This document shows, piece by piece, positions 23,010 through 33,732 of a DNA stretch of 33,732 nt; the first letter of the stretch is position 1; every line of letters begins with the position of its first letter. Source of the stretch: Reticulomyxa filosa (taxonomy: Eukaryota > Protista > Foraminifera); the NCBI GenBank assembly GCA_000512085.1, contig ASPP01006696.1, positions 1 to 33,732 on the forward strand, in the 5' to 3' direction. The position numbers and the translations under genes were made by a program. The notes beneath the pieces were generated by a model that ran no database searches, was not told the DNA's origin, and saw only the letters and a list, made by a program, of their open reading frames with translations.

Positions 23010-24056
23010 TTAAAGTTTGGCTGGTGGTTTGGTTTTTAAAACGAAATGGGCGGGCTCGAGGTATCGCAAAACAACTTCGGCAGTAGAGAGATGTCTTGGA
23101 GTGCGGTCATAAAAAATGACAGCAATAAAAGTACGGGCATTAGGCAACATGACATTTTGACAAAATTGGAATACAACAGGATGGAAGCGAGAGCGATTCG
23201 CCTTGAGCAAGTCCATAAACGTTTTACCGTCACTGAAAACAAGATCTTGCAGGAAAAGGGAATAGTCGTATGTAAACTCTGGGATTTTGATTGGATCCGG
23301 ACGAATTTTCATGTTGGCTTCAAAGTGGAAATAGTACTGATAGCCCAAGAGATAAGGAAGTACGTACATAGGCAGACGTAAAATCATTTGAAGATGTTCG
23401 CCGGTGTTTTGTGGTTTGAGACAATAGTACATCCCATAATTAGCGATTCTCCATTTGACCTTGTCGCGGTTCACCGAAGGCGTTAGCGCTTTCGCGCTGC
23501 CGTCAGACGAGCGTTTATTATACGTCAACAATTGTTGGATCAACGGATGGAATGTGATGTACTTGGCTTCCAATTCGCAGTCATATTTCATTTCGTCCGT
23601 CGCCACGTCAAATATCTCGTAAAATGTGTCCATGTGCATCACGTCAAAACATATCACCAAACCCACAACCGTGTGCGTTTGTGCGTCCAATACACAAGTG
23701 CTCATTCCAAATGCAATTGCCAAGTGTACGATTGTGTGCATATAAAACAACATTTCACGTAAATCGGCGCTCAGTAACATTTGCTCCACTCCTCCCATCC
23801 CTGCAAATTGATATGCTGCCAAACCAATACATTCCTCCGCGTGTTCTTGCGACATTTGCTGCAACTCGTACTTGCCCTTTACTCCGTACTTTTCAAATGC
23901 TTTCAATACTGTGGGATCGTTGGAATACTTTTCGAGTGCCTCCCGATAATCTTTTTTTAAACGCAAGGCCTCTGGGCACAGTGTCAGTGTCAATTTATCC
24001 CTTGACAATGATGGACCAGAGGCAATTGGTGGAATGGTATAAGTGTTGTTTGACAT
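23010..24056 (-). CDS. Intronless 348-aa protein, putative GNAT (arylalkylamine N-acetyltransferase-like) fold, C-terminal PTS1 (-AKL)
   Basis: Long ORF. YELQQMSQEHAEECIGLAAYQF...GMSTCVLDAQTHTVVGLVICFD fits the beta1-alpha1..beta2-beta3 pattern of insect-type AANATs by eye. Ends KTKPPAKL*. Confidence 0.6.
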   Translation of the reverse strand: MSNNTYTIPPIASGPSLSRDKLTLTLCPEALRLKKDYREALEKYSNDPTVLKAFEKYGVKGKYELQQMSQEHAEECIGLAAYQFAGMGGVEQMLLSADLREMLFYMHTIVHLAIAFGMSTCVLDAQTHTVVGLVICFDVMHMDTFYEIFDVATDEMKYDCELEAKYITFHPLIQQLLTYNKRSSDGSAKALTPSVNRDKVKWRIANYGMYYCLKPQNTGEHLQMILRLPMYVLPYLLGYQYYFHFEANMKIRPDPIKIPEFTYDYSLFLQDLVFSDGKTFMDLLKANRSRFHPVVFQFCQNVMLPNARTFIAVIFYDRTPRHLSTAEVVLRYLEPAHFVLKTKPPAKL

Positions 24057-24606
24057 AGTTTGTTTTCTTACAATGTAGACGTTTCCTGAACAACTAGTTT
24101 TTTTTGGGTACTACTTAGTAACGGTAGTATCAAAATGCAGATCAACTGCGAAAAAAAAATGACTGAAAAGTCACCGGCATAACAGAAGTTTTTTCGTACA
24201 AAGCGTAAATACAAAATTGTATTGTTAAGGTGTTTGTGAAAAAATGCGTTCGTAAAGATATTCTTTTTCAGTTTGTGATAGTGTATAAAAAAAAGGGCTA
24301 TGCAGAAGCGCTTTGACACTTGTTTTAAAGTTTATTCGACAATATGATCTTACTTGCAACAATTGGTAGATGTAAAGATTTGCATTGAGCGATGGACTTC
24401 GGATGTTATATATGTTAATACACGTAAATGTGTTGTGTGTAATGATGGAGCCTCGAATATAGCAAGAGTGAAAAATTGAAAAAAAGGAAGGTAAACATTC
24501 CGCATGAGAGTCATTGCCAGTGTTGTGTTTGCGCACAGTAAACACAAACGGTACTGCGAAATGTTCGCAGACAAACAATGAAGACAAAAACCAGTTGGTT
24601 CAATGG

Positions 24607-26759
24607 TTAATCCCAGTATTGTATAGTGCCGTCCCACGAACATGTAGCGACTTTGCTTGTCATGACAGGATGCCAAATGCATCCCATGACAACCTTATGC
24701 GAGGCCTTCAAGGTTTCGTATACACGAGAGGTCTTCCAGTCCCAAAAGAACACTCGTCCCTGAGCGTCGCCACTCATTACAAAGCGCCCGTCCGGAGAAA
24801 CATCGATCTGACACGAGTATCCGGCGACCATGTGTCCACGGAAATGCTTTTTGCTGTTTGGAGAGAAGCGATTGGCGGCACCATAGACCACAATCTGATT
24901 GTCGAGAGACGTGCCCAGGAACCATTTTTTGTTGGGATGCAGGGTCAAAAAGGGAACCGAGTGCAAAGAGGGATCTGCAATGTGTTTGATAACCACAGGG
25001 ACACCGTAGTCCCAAATGAATATTTTCTTGTCGTCACTTGAAGTAACGAATCTGCGATTGTCATCAATGAACAATATTGCATTTACAGCCTGTAAATGTT
25101 CTTCATAGTTTTGGACAATTTTGTTGGCGCGAATGTCCCATTGAACTGCGATTTTGTTTTTTTGTCCACATAAGAACTCATTTTCATTTTCAGGATAGAG
25201 TTTGGCGTCGAATGGAATTTTACCACTGCTGCCACGCCATATGACTTTGCCAGTTTCTGTGTCCCATAGCTAATTATATATGTTTGTGTTGTTGTCTTAT
25301 TATTATTGTATGTATATGTATATGTATATGCATATATCGTAAAAGTAAAAAGCAACCCAACTTTGAGCCATCGGTCGAAAGAGGTAGTCAAAAACTTGGA
25401 ACCATCGTGATTGAAGCAAATATTCCGCACACCAGCAGTGTGTCCATTATAAGAACGCAAACATCTCCGATCGTTATGCACGTCCCAAAGCTTCACCGTG
25501 GTGTCGTTGGAACAAGATAACAACAAATGGCCTGTCTTTGGAAACCATTTGATCGAGTTGACTCCATCCTTGTGTCCCAGCCATGTGTGTATTTTCTTCT
25601 TTGGGATGTAGTATTTGCCCTCGCTGTTCGACCGTTTCTTTTTGTCGGGAGGACAGTACATGTATGTTCTTCCTTGATAATCGTGTTCATTTTCTCCAAA
25701 GAATTCTGTGCCTTCGATTGCCATTTGCTATTCCACATATATATATGCATATATAATATATATAATATATATAATATATATATAAACTTCTTCATATCGC
25801 TGTTTTCGTTTCAATTCTCTCTTCTGCTCTTCTTCAGCGTCTCCTTCCTCTTCATCGTCGCCCCGGTTTTGCGTGCCTTCCATCCCATCGTCATCCGCAT
25901 CCGCGGTTGTGTTATTGATGTCCGGATTCATTCGTCTCCGATTTCTTCGCTGTTCATTTTCGGGATGCTGTCTTTGCCAGTCTTCTTTTCGCTTTGTCAA
26001 CTCCTCCTCCCATTGCTTCTGCTCTTCGTCCGTCTTGATTTGGGGCGCCCACGGTCCCAAGTAACCTCCCACGTCTTCCGCGTCCCCTCGTCGCACCCGC
26101 TTTCGCGCCTTCTTTTTACGCTCTTTGTCCTCTTGTACCGACTGATTGAACACCGTCATTGATTGATTCTGGTGCAGCGCATCCTTATCTCCAATGTGCC
26201 GGCTGTTGTCCGACGGTGTCGTCACTCCCTTCGACGGATCGATAGCATATCTGTTCGTCCAATCCATTTTACAAAAAAACATTGATGTTCAACCATTGTT
26301 TTGTTGTTATTGTTGTTTTTTCGACTTTTTTTTTCTCCCCAAAAAAATTTGTCCAAATCAAATCCTCTCCCCCCTTTTTTTTTTTTTTTTTTTTGTTTAC
26401 CCCCGGTTTTGAAACGTGTAGTATTGCTCATTAAAGATGAAATCATCTATGTGGTCGACTTCAGCGTGTCCTGTCAACGTAGTCTTGGGGGGCTTGAAAG
26501 CTTCCTCACGGGTTGTGCCTTCGGGCAACGGCCCTTGCATTGGCGCAAACAATACATCCGCGGTCGGATTGTGTCGAATCTCTTTTGCGTCGATGCGATG
26601 GTATTTTTGAAGTGAGGTTGTCATCGTTGCGATATCCACGCTTGGAGCGACGTTCACTAACGTAGACAACGCTTGACTATTTGTATTCACTGATCTCGAC
26701 ATAGAGTCGTCATCCGTGGAATCCGAATCCCCACCATAAAACTTGACAATATCTTCCAT
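24607..26759 (-). CDS. CDC40: Pre-mRNA-processing factor 17 (WD40 second-step splicing factor)
   Basis: Four exons (26759-26401, 26250-25788, 25727-25362, 25270-24607). HNPTADVLFAPMQGP, TLTGHAE..IDDFIFNEQYYTFQNRGYAIDPS, GYLGPWA, DYQGRTYM, YIPKKKIHTWLGH, FRGHMVAGYSCQ, WHPVMTSKVATCSWDGTIQYWD. Confidence 0.96.
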
Positions 26760-27212
26760 TTTTTTCAGATATCAAATGCACCACAAAAAAAAAGGTTCAC
26801 GTTTCGATGGGATTATTTGGTTAGATTCCCCAAAACGTCTTGAAAAGTTCCGTTATCCAGTCGCAAGCTTCAGCAATGAAACCGGTCTTCCACCAACTAA
26901 ATTAAATAAAACCGTTTGTATGCTTAAATTTTTTTTTTTTCTTAAAATATTCGCAAAAGTGAGCAGTTATGTATTCGGTGTCAATCTCAAAAATCGGAGT
27001 CAAAATCTCTAAAACTGTGATAACAATTTTTTTACCACGCAATGTTGTCCATGGGATTCAAAGAAAAATAGTTTGCATTTCCTCAGAAGGCTGCAATTCC
27101 ATGACGAGTACAAGTACTTTGTTATAGTAGAAAAGAAAATGTATATAGCGCAAGAACCGCTTTTTTTTTTTGGGTTGAAGTATTTGTATGTTTTAGACTG
27201 TCTTTGATTGAA
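26760..27212. promoter_or_regulatory. Short divergent intergenic region, candidate bidirectional promoter (CDC40 / CAP-Gly-CDPK)
   Basis: Head-to-head start codons with 453 bp between them. No specific motif identified. Confidence 0.4.
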
Positions 27213-30082
27213 ATGGCGAAACATACACGTCCCTTCTCAGATGTACTCCACAAGACAGATGAAAGAGTTTGTGTAGGAGATATGGTGGAGATTGTGAACA
27301 GCAAATGCCGCACAGGCTGCGTGCAATATATAGGCCCTGATGAGAGTTTCACAAAAGTGTGGTATGGAATAGAATTGGACACTGCAGGCGGACCACATAA
27401 CGGAAGGCCAAGCGAAAGCGCACGACAGTATTTTAAGTGTAAGGCGAATCATGGAATATTTGTGGAGCGCAATCAAATAATCCAGGTGCTAAGGAAGAGT
27501 CCCACACCAGTGAGGATCAGCGTGAACGACCGAGTGTTTGTGAACGACCAAGTGTTAGTGAACAAGCGCGGCAAAGTGTTATTTGTGGGGCCAGTGGCAA
27601 AAACAGAGGGATTTTGGTATGGAATCGAATTGGATGAGAAGATCGGCCACCACAATGGAACGATAGGAGGAGTAGAATACTTTCGGTGTTCACTCTCCAA
27701 AGGTATCCACATGAGAAGTATGGCATTGACGTTGATCACATCGACGCGACCTATGACGGGCAAGAAGGTGAAGTCAGATCAAGGTTTATTGGCGCGATCG
27801 TCTGAAGGAGACCCGCGCAAGAAAGAAGTCTCGCAGAAGGATGAGGACAAGAGCAAAAGCAAAGATAAGGACAAGAGTAAGGACGAAGATAGTGAGTTGA
27901 AGCAAGACGAAGTGGACATGCTGCGCACAGATACCGACCGTCAGTTTAAGAGGCAAGACCCCAATAGTCAACATAAGCTACGACAGATCCTGGGAAATGT
28001 GTTACCGAAGAGACAAAACACGGTTGAAATATTGCCCGAAAATGATGCCGGACGGATGCGCAAATTTACTGACGATTATGCATGCAATTGGGAAACTGAT
28101 TTTTTGGGATGTGGAGAGTTTGGCAATTGCTACAAATGTCGAAGTAAAACCAAGTTCTTCCAAAACAAACATCGAATGTTCGCTGTTAAGAAGATCTCCA
28201 AGGCAAGATTCCGACAAGACAAAGTTGTTGTTGGAATGATGCAACACGAGTTGGAAATATTGCGAACATTGAAGAAAAAAACACGAAATAAAAAGATTGT
28301 TGGATATCGTAACATTATTAAAGTTTGTTGTTTTTTTTTTTCATTACAAGACTAAACACAGGAGAAGGAGGATCAATAACAAAAAAATAAAAAACAAAAC
28401 ATAAAAAAAACTCTCAATCAATTAATAACAAAAGTACGTTACTTTTTTTTGCTGTTTTGATAGACCAAACTTTATACGTATTCAATGTGGGTAGAGAGGG
28501 GAGGAGGAAACAACTTATGTTTATTGTTTGCTAATAGATATCACATAATGTATGTGTGTGTTACAGTTGTATGATGTGTACGAAGATCGGAATTATCTGT
28601 ATCTAGTAACGAATTATTGCGGTGGAGGGACACTAGACGATCATATGAGCAAAAAGCGCGACTTGCGTGAGATCGACGTCGCGCAAATAATGAAGCAGGT
28701 ATTGGAAGGCGTGCAATTTCTACACGGCAACTACATTGCACATTTGGATCTGAAGCCGAGCAACATAATGTTTGCTAACAAGAACAAGGACTCTCCTGTG
28801 CAATTGGTCGATTTCGGCGTATCCCACGGCGTGCCTCGACTGACAAAGCGCAAAGGACTGGTTGGCACGGTACACTTTATAGCGCCGGAGGTGATCAACG
28901 GACAGTACGATGCGGCCGCGGACATTTGGAGCTGTGGCATTATTTTGTATTTTATGTTGTTTGGATATCCGCCTTTTTTCGACGACAAAACAGCTCTCAA
29001 TCTCAGCAGCAACGAGCGCATATTTTCTAAGATCCTCGAAGGATTTCAGCCCATCCAGAAAGGAGGGCCTGGGGCCGTGGTTCCCCGCCAATCACGTGGT
29101 CTCGCAGGACGTGAAGGATCTGATCGCGCGGATGCTCAACAAACATGTAAAGGATCGCATCACCGTGCGCGAAGCGCTCGATCACGATTGGTTCAAATCG
29201 GCCAGCGACAAAACCTTGGATCATACCATTCACGACGCATTGACCAAGTTCAGCAATCAATGCAAGTTCCGCGTACTGATATCGCAGATTCTGGCCCACA
29301 AGCTACCCAATTCCGAATTCAAAAAGCTCGAGACGTGGTTCAAAAATGCCGACGAAAACAACGACAACAAATTATCCTTACTCGAGTTCAAAAAGGTAAT
29401 GCACAGCTACAAACTGGGCTACACCGAGGTCGAGCTTGAACGCATGTTCGAGGCTGTCGACTTGGATCATTCCAACGAAATCGATTTTCAGGAGCTGCTC
29501 ACTGCCTTTGCGTTTCAACGCATGATTGCCACCGACGAGCGATTGTACGAGACCTTTCGGGAGCTCGATAAAGACAATGACGGATTCATCACCAAGAAAG
29601 AGCTCCAAGAAAAAATCCTTGAATTGGAAAATGATGAAGCGAAGAATGAAAAAGCGCTCAAGTTACTCGGACTTGACGACTCCAATACATCCAAATCACG
29701 CAAGACTCCTCATTTGCAAGTCACCAGATTGGACACCGCCGTCGATTGGGCCGACATTGACTTGGACGGAAAAATTAACTATGAAGAATTTCTCGCTGCT
29801 TTGCATCCCGATTTCAGCGAACCCAATGTGCGCAGGCCTGACACTCCCTCCAAAAGTGCCACCGAGTCCGATTATTTGCATATCAATTGGATCTCTCACA
29901 GCAACGTCACTGAAATATCTCAAAAACGTCTACACGACAGCGAAACTGAAACGGAAGTCGAGACCGAAGTCGAAAGTGATGAGGAGATCGCTGTTGATGA
30001 GGAGGAAAGAAAGTCTGACGGAGAAATTGAAACCGCCTCTGAAAATGAAGATTTAGTGCCGGGGATGTTTTCTTTATTCTGA
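27213..30082 (+). CDS. Tandem CAP-Gly + calcium-dependent protein kinase (kinase + 4 EF-hands); one apparent frameshift
   Basis: Exon 27213-28322, intron 28323-28566, exon 28567-30082. CAP-Gly motifs WYGIELDTAGGPHNG..YFKCKANHGIFV and WYGIELDEKIGHHNGTIGGVEYFRC. Kinase motifs LGCGEFG, AVKKISK, HLDLKPSN, DFG, APE, DIWSCG. EF loops DENNDNKLSLLE, DLDHSNEIDFQE, DKDNDGFITKKE, DIDLDGKINYEE. Extra A at 29059-29061. Confidence 0.93.
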
Positions 30083-31019
30083 AACAAATCTGTCCGGCAA
30101 GTCAAAGTCTCACGTAAACATTGTCAAGTGAAAAGTATTTCGTTTGATAATGCGTTTCCTCATTAAACATGAGACAAATGTACGTGTATGGAAGAGGAAA
30201 TTGATTTGTAACCTTGTAAATCCTTTTGGTCGTTTGCCTTTCAAACTAAAAGATAGCCATATCCTCTTATAAATGCAAAGCATTGTTGTTTGTTTCCACG
30301 CAAGTACTTTAAGACTTATCTTAATATCAACTTTTATATTAGTTGTTATTTCTCTATTCAAATTTTCTTCTCATTTTTTTCTTTTCTTTCGATTATACGC
30401 TATAGTTTTAGTTTTTCTCATCAACCATTTTTTTTTTAAGTTGAGATACAAGGTAATTTTCATATTTGAATTAGCTTCACAAAAGAAGAATATTAGAGCT
30501 CAAATACACTTAGCATATAAGTGCAAAGTACAGTGCATCAATGTCAGATATTGGAAACGTTTAGTCTATTTATTATGGATTTTCAGTATAATATATGGAG
30601 TAAAGTACTGATTCTTTGCATTTTGATATCAAAGCTAATATGACAATCACAGACAATTTACGATCATTAAAAATGAACAAGACACTTTAAGTTTTTCCTT
30701 TTTCAACATTAATAGGGTAGACAATATGGCTAAATTCCAAAAGTTCTTTTTTAACTTGCGAGCTACAGGACCCAGAGGATTTGGTTGAGCAATACTGTAA
30801 TCGCCACTGACGATCCACGTGGAAGAGCTATAATTGTTTTCACACAGCTGAAGATCTCGACTTACAATTTTTGAGCTTAATTTATTTTTTTGGATATTTT
30901 AATGATCAACCAAAACTTGAAATATGTTTTTTCGCTTCCTGTTGTCGATTGTGTGTTTGATAAATTTTTGTGGATCTTTTCCTTTTGCTTTTTGTTTTTC
31001 TTTAGAGGTGCTATTTTTT

Positions 31020-32094
31020 AACTAGGATATGTGTGACGTCTGCTGCTAAGAAACTGCATTAATGTAATACGAAAAGGTTTACTCAAAAAGAGATTGATTT
31101 TTGACAAAACAAAAGTAAACTAAGTAAATTAAAGATGAATGACACAATAAAAGAAACAAAGAGTGAAGAAAGTTGGTGGAGAAGTTTAGCACAGTGGGGG
31201 CTTCTAAACTCTTTATCTATAGTAGGGACTTGCCATACAGATAAGATCTTTCTCGCTAAAAAAAAGAATTTTTTCACTATGTTCTAACTGGAAATAACAC
31301 TAATAATGATCTTTCAAAACGAACGTTTTTTGCTTCATTGTCAATTTTTGATATCGTTGAAACTATTTGCAAGGTAAATAAGCTGATGCTCGCTGACGTC
31401 AACTGCTAGCATTCGATCAGTAGCAAAGAAATTTAATGTAATTATAGCTTCGCTTCGATTTTGGCTGGTGCCATATAAGTGTAATGGAATCGTAAAAAGA
31501 AAAGCTGGATCTGGCAGGACAGAGAAGATTTATCATGTCACAAAGCTAAAGAAATAATATATTGGTTTAAAGAAAATAATATAGAACTGATAAATTTCTT
31601 CATAATTCACCAGACATAAATTCAATTGGGAATATTTGGTGGATAATTAAAGTAAAATTATACAAAGTCAATAAAATTAACAAACTTTGGAAAAAATATG
31701 GAAAAAAACTGTCATTAAACTATGTTAAGCTCTAGTTGAGTCCATGCTAAGGAGATTTGAAGCTGTAATCAATGCACAAGGAAAACCAACAAAATGTAAA
31801 AACATAAAAAATATTTTTTAAAAAAGTATCTATGTAACTTGAAGATTCCTAAAATGAAAATAAAAAGATTTAAAAATTTATTATTTTCAGGTTCAATTTA
31901 TATGAACTACTTTGAAATTTTTAAAAATCATATTTTTGATCTACCTGGAAAAAACTTATTATAAAACCAATATTATAGTTAAAAACTATATATTTTAAAA
32001 AATTAGGTTTAATCTTTATTTTTAACGGAGAAATCGATTCTCTTCATATAATGCCATTTAGGTATGACAGTTTTTTTTTTTGCAATCTACTGTA
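31020..32094 (+). mobile_element. Decayed Tc1/mariner (Tc1-type DDE) transposon
   Basis: 31520-31800 translates, with frameshifts, to EDLSCHKAKEIIYWFKENNIELINF/HNSPDINSIGNIWWIIK...ALVESMLRRFEAVINAQGKPTKC*. This matches the Tc1 C-terminal motifs DNAPxH, SPDLNPIENxW and LVxSMPRRxxAVIxAxGxxTKY. Candidate right end ...CTACTG|TA at 32087-32094. Weak LGY..AAKK..RLIF trace near 31020-31105; the left boundary is uncertain. Confidence 0.8.
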
Positions 32095-32149
32095 TTAAGA
32101 AATTTGAAATTTATAAAATTATTTGAATTTTTTAAACTTTGGCACGATC

Positions 32150-32487
32150 AACCAGGACGCAAAAACAGGGTCCAAAGTTCTATTTATGGAATAGAGATAC
32201 AAAAATTTGCGTATCAAGTGCTTTGAAACAATGATTGATAAAGCAAACAAAAGAAGATCGTCTGCGGAAATCAAACTGTAAGATCGCAATTCACTAAACG
32301 TTCAAGACCATAAGATGATGATAAAAATGAACATAGAAATACTTGAAGAAAAGGTAATGAATTCAATAAAGAGAAGTGTGATAATTACAACGTCCAAGAT
32401 TACGCTTATTCAATGTAAGAAATGCTCCATTTCGCAAAAGACTGCATGAAAGTGAAAGTATGTAAGTATTGTGGAAGAAAAATTAAA
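32150..32487 (+). mobile_element. Relic of a zinc-knuckle (gag-like/ORF1) retroelement protein
   Basis: Across frameshifts: RPRL / LIQCKKC (32405-32425) / HFAKDCMKVKVCKYCGRK (32428-32481). This resembles the tandem CCHC knuckles of non-LTR ORF1 proteins. The left boundary is approximate. Confidence 0.5.
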
Positions 32488-33732
32488 TTTCAGGATATAT
32501 TATGTAAAGGACATCATCTAAATGATTCCGTTGTATGTCCTGTTCCGAGGGTCGGGTAAAAAAAAATTCATTGATATAACTTTTGTCAAAAAAGTTATAT
32601 TTTACTGTGTCTGAACTATTTTGGTTTTTTTGGCAACTCATTGGTTGGCATTTATTTGAGTAGGGTGGTTGTCGTCGGTTCTTCAGCAAAAAAAAAATAT
32701 TAGGGTCCCTTCATCATTGGCAACCAAAAGCAAAAGTAGGGAAAAAAACAGCCAACGCTCTAGGGAAGGGACAAAATGTTCAAAATACATCTAATAATGG
32801 AGGCATGGCAAAAGTCAAAATTATTTTCAGAGTGAAAAGTCCAGCAGTAAAAAAAATGACATTGCGTAGGACTTGCAAAGACCAAAGAGTATCAATTGAC
32901 CAAAGTAATTGATTATTTTTATTTCATTGGTGACAATTCTCATTTAGCAACACAACCAGTTGAAACAAACTCCACGCTATATCCTTTCTTGTGAGCTACT
33001 GATTTCTTTATGGAATCTAAATGCTTTGTGATGTTCCATTTTTTTTCACTAAATTTCTTTGTTATTAAACCTTTATTTTGCTTTTATTATTTGTCTCTTT
33101 GGTTGGTTTAAGTGTTATTGCATGAATATGCGCAATGTTATATTTATTGATTAGTTTGTAAGCATTGTAATTTAAGTATTGTATTCCGTGTGAGTGAGGT
33201 GCTTGGTTACGATGTTTTTCTTTTCGTTTTTGGAATTTCAATATTCTCTATCAGCTAAAAAAAAATCAGCATAACTCCCCCACCACCAAAGTAAGCGGCT
33301 AAATAAAAGTATAGTCAGACCATCATCATTTAGTGTTGTTACGATTGTATATATTCAATGTGCAGACATAATCGAGAACTTCCATACTCAGGCCTAGAAG
33401 CACAGGCTCTTAAAAGAATTTCTGCTTTTATTGGCCCGTATTTTGCGCTTGAAAAAGAGGCTGTCCGAGCATTAAAACTTTGTGCAATTCAAAATAAGGC
33501 GCACCATGCAAATTTTCAAACTTCAGAGTAATTCTGGTATTGACATTCACAATTCTGGGATTCCGTTATTACAAAGATTAAAAAAAATCCTATATCAGAT
33601 CATCGTGACGATCTGGCACGTTCTAAGTGAAAACTCGTTGGAACAGGTGTAAAACTTCAAGATACTTCAGTCTCTCAAAAAGAGCAAACTCGATATTGAG
33701 ATATCAAGATCAAGATATCTTAAGATAACAAC

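Noticed and set aside
33364-33531. Stop-free stretch NRELPYSGLEAQALKRISAFIGPYFALEKEAVRALKLC
   Set aside because: No start, splice context or recognisable family; may be a fragment but cannot be supported.
33690-33730. Short GATATC/AAGAT repeats at the window end
   Set aside because: Too short and irregular to call a telomeric, satellite or CRISPR-like array.

Overview
AT-rich, intron-containing eukaryotic genomic DNA from a protist. The introns full of poly(A)/poly(T) and (TA)n runs, the decayed WD40 fragment and the gene families resemble the foraminiferan Reticulomyxa filosa; this is inference only. I reconstructed ten protein genes by hand with GT-AG introns: (1) a 5'-truncated Tudor/KH0-KH1-KH2 protein resembling the Fragile-X (FMR1/FXR) family; (2) a CHY-zinc-finger/RING (RCHY1/Pirh2-like) E3 ligase; (3) a SAM-coiled-coil-SPRY protein; (4) a GDP-fucose O-fucosyltransferase-family protein; (5) a tandem SAP-like protein; (6) a large, probably N-acylated formin with four WASHC3/CCDC53-like repeats in place of a classical FH1; (7) a probably N-acylated EF-hand protein; (8) a GNAT-like protein with a PTS1; (9) CDC40/PRP17; (10) a 2x CAP-Gly + CDPK fusion. 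There is also a WD40 pseudogene, a Tc1-type transposase relic and a zinc-knuckle retroelement relic. Seven apparent single-base frameshifts all fall in A-runs; homopolymer sequencing error is the most likely cause, but recoding can be tested. The most interesting items are the CAP-Gly-CDPK, the WASHC3-repeat formin and the FXR-like protein.
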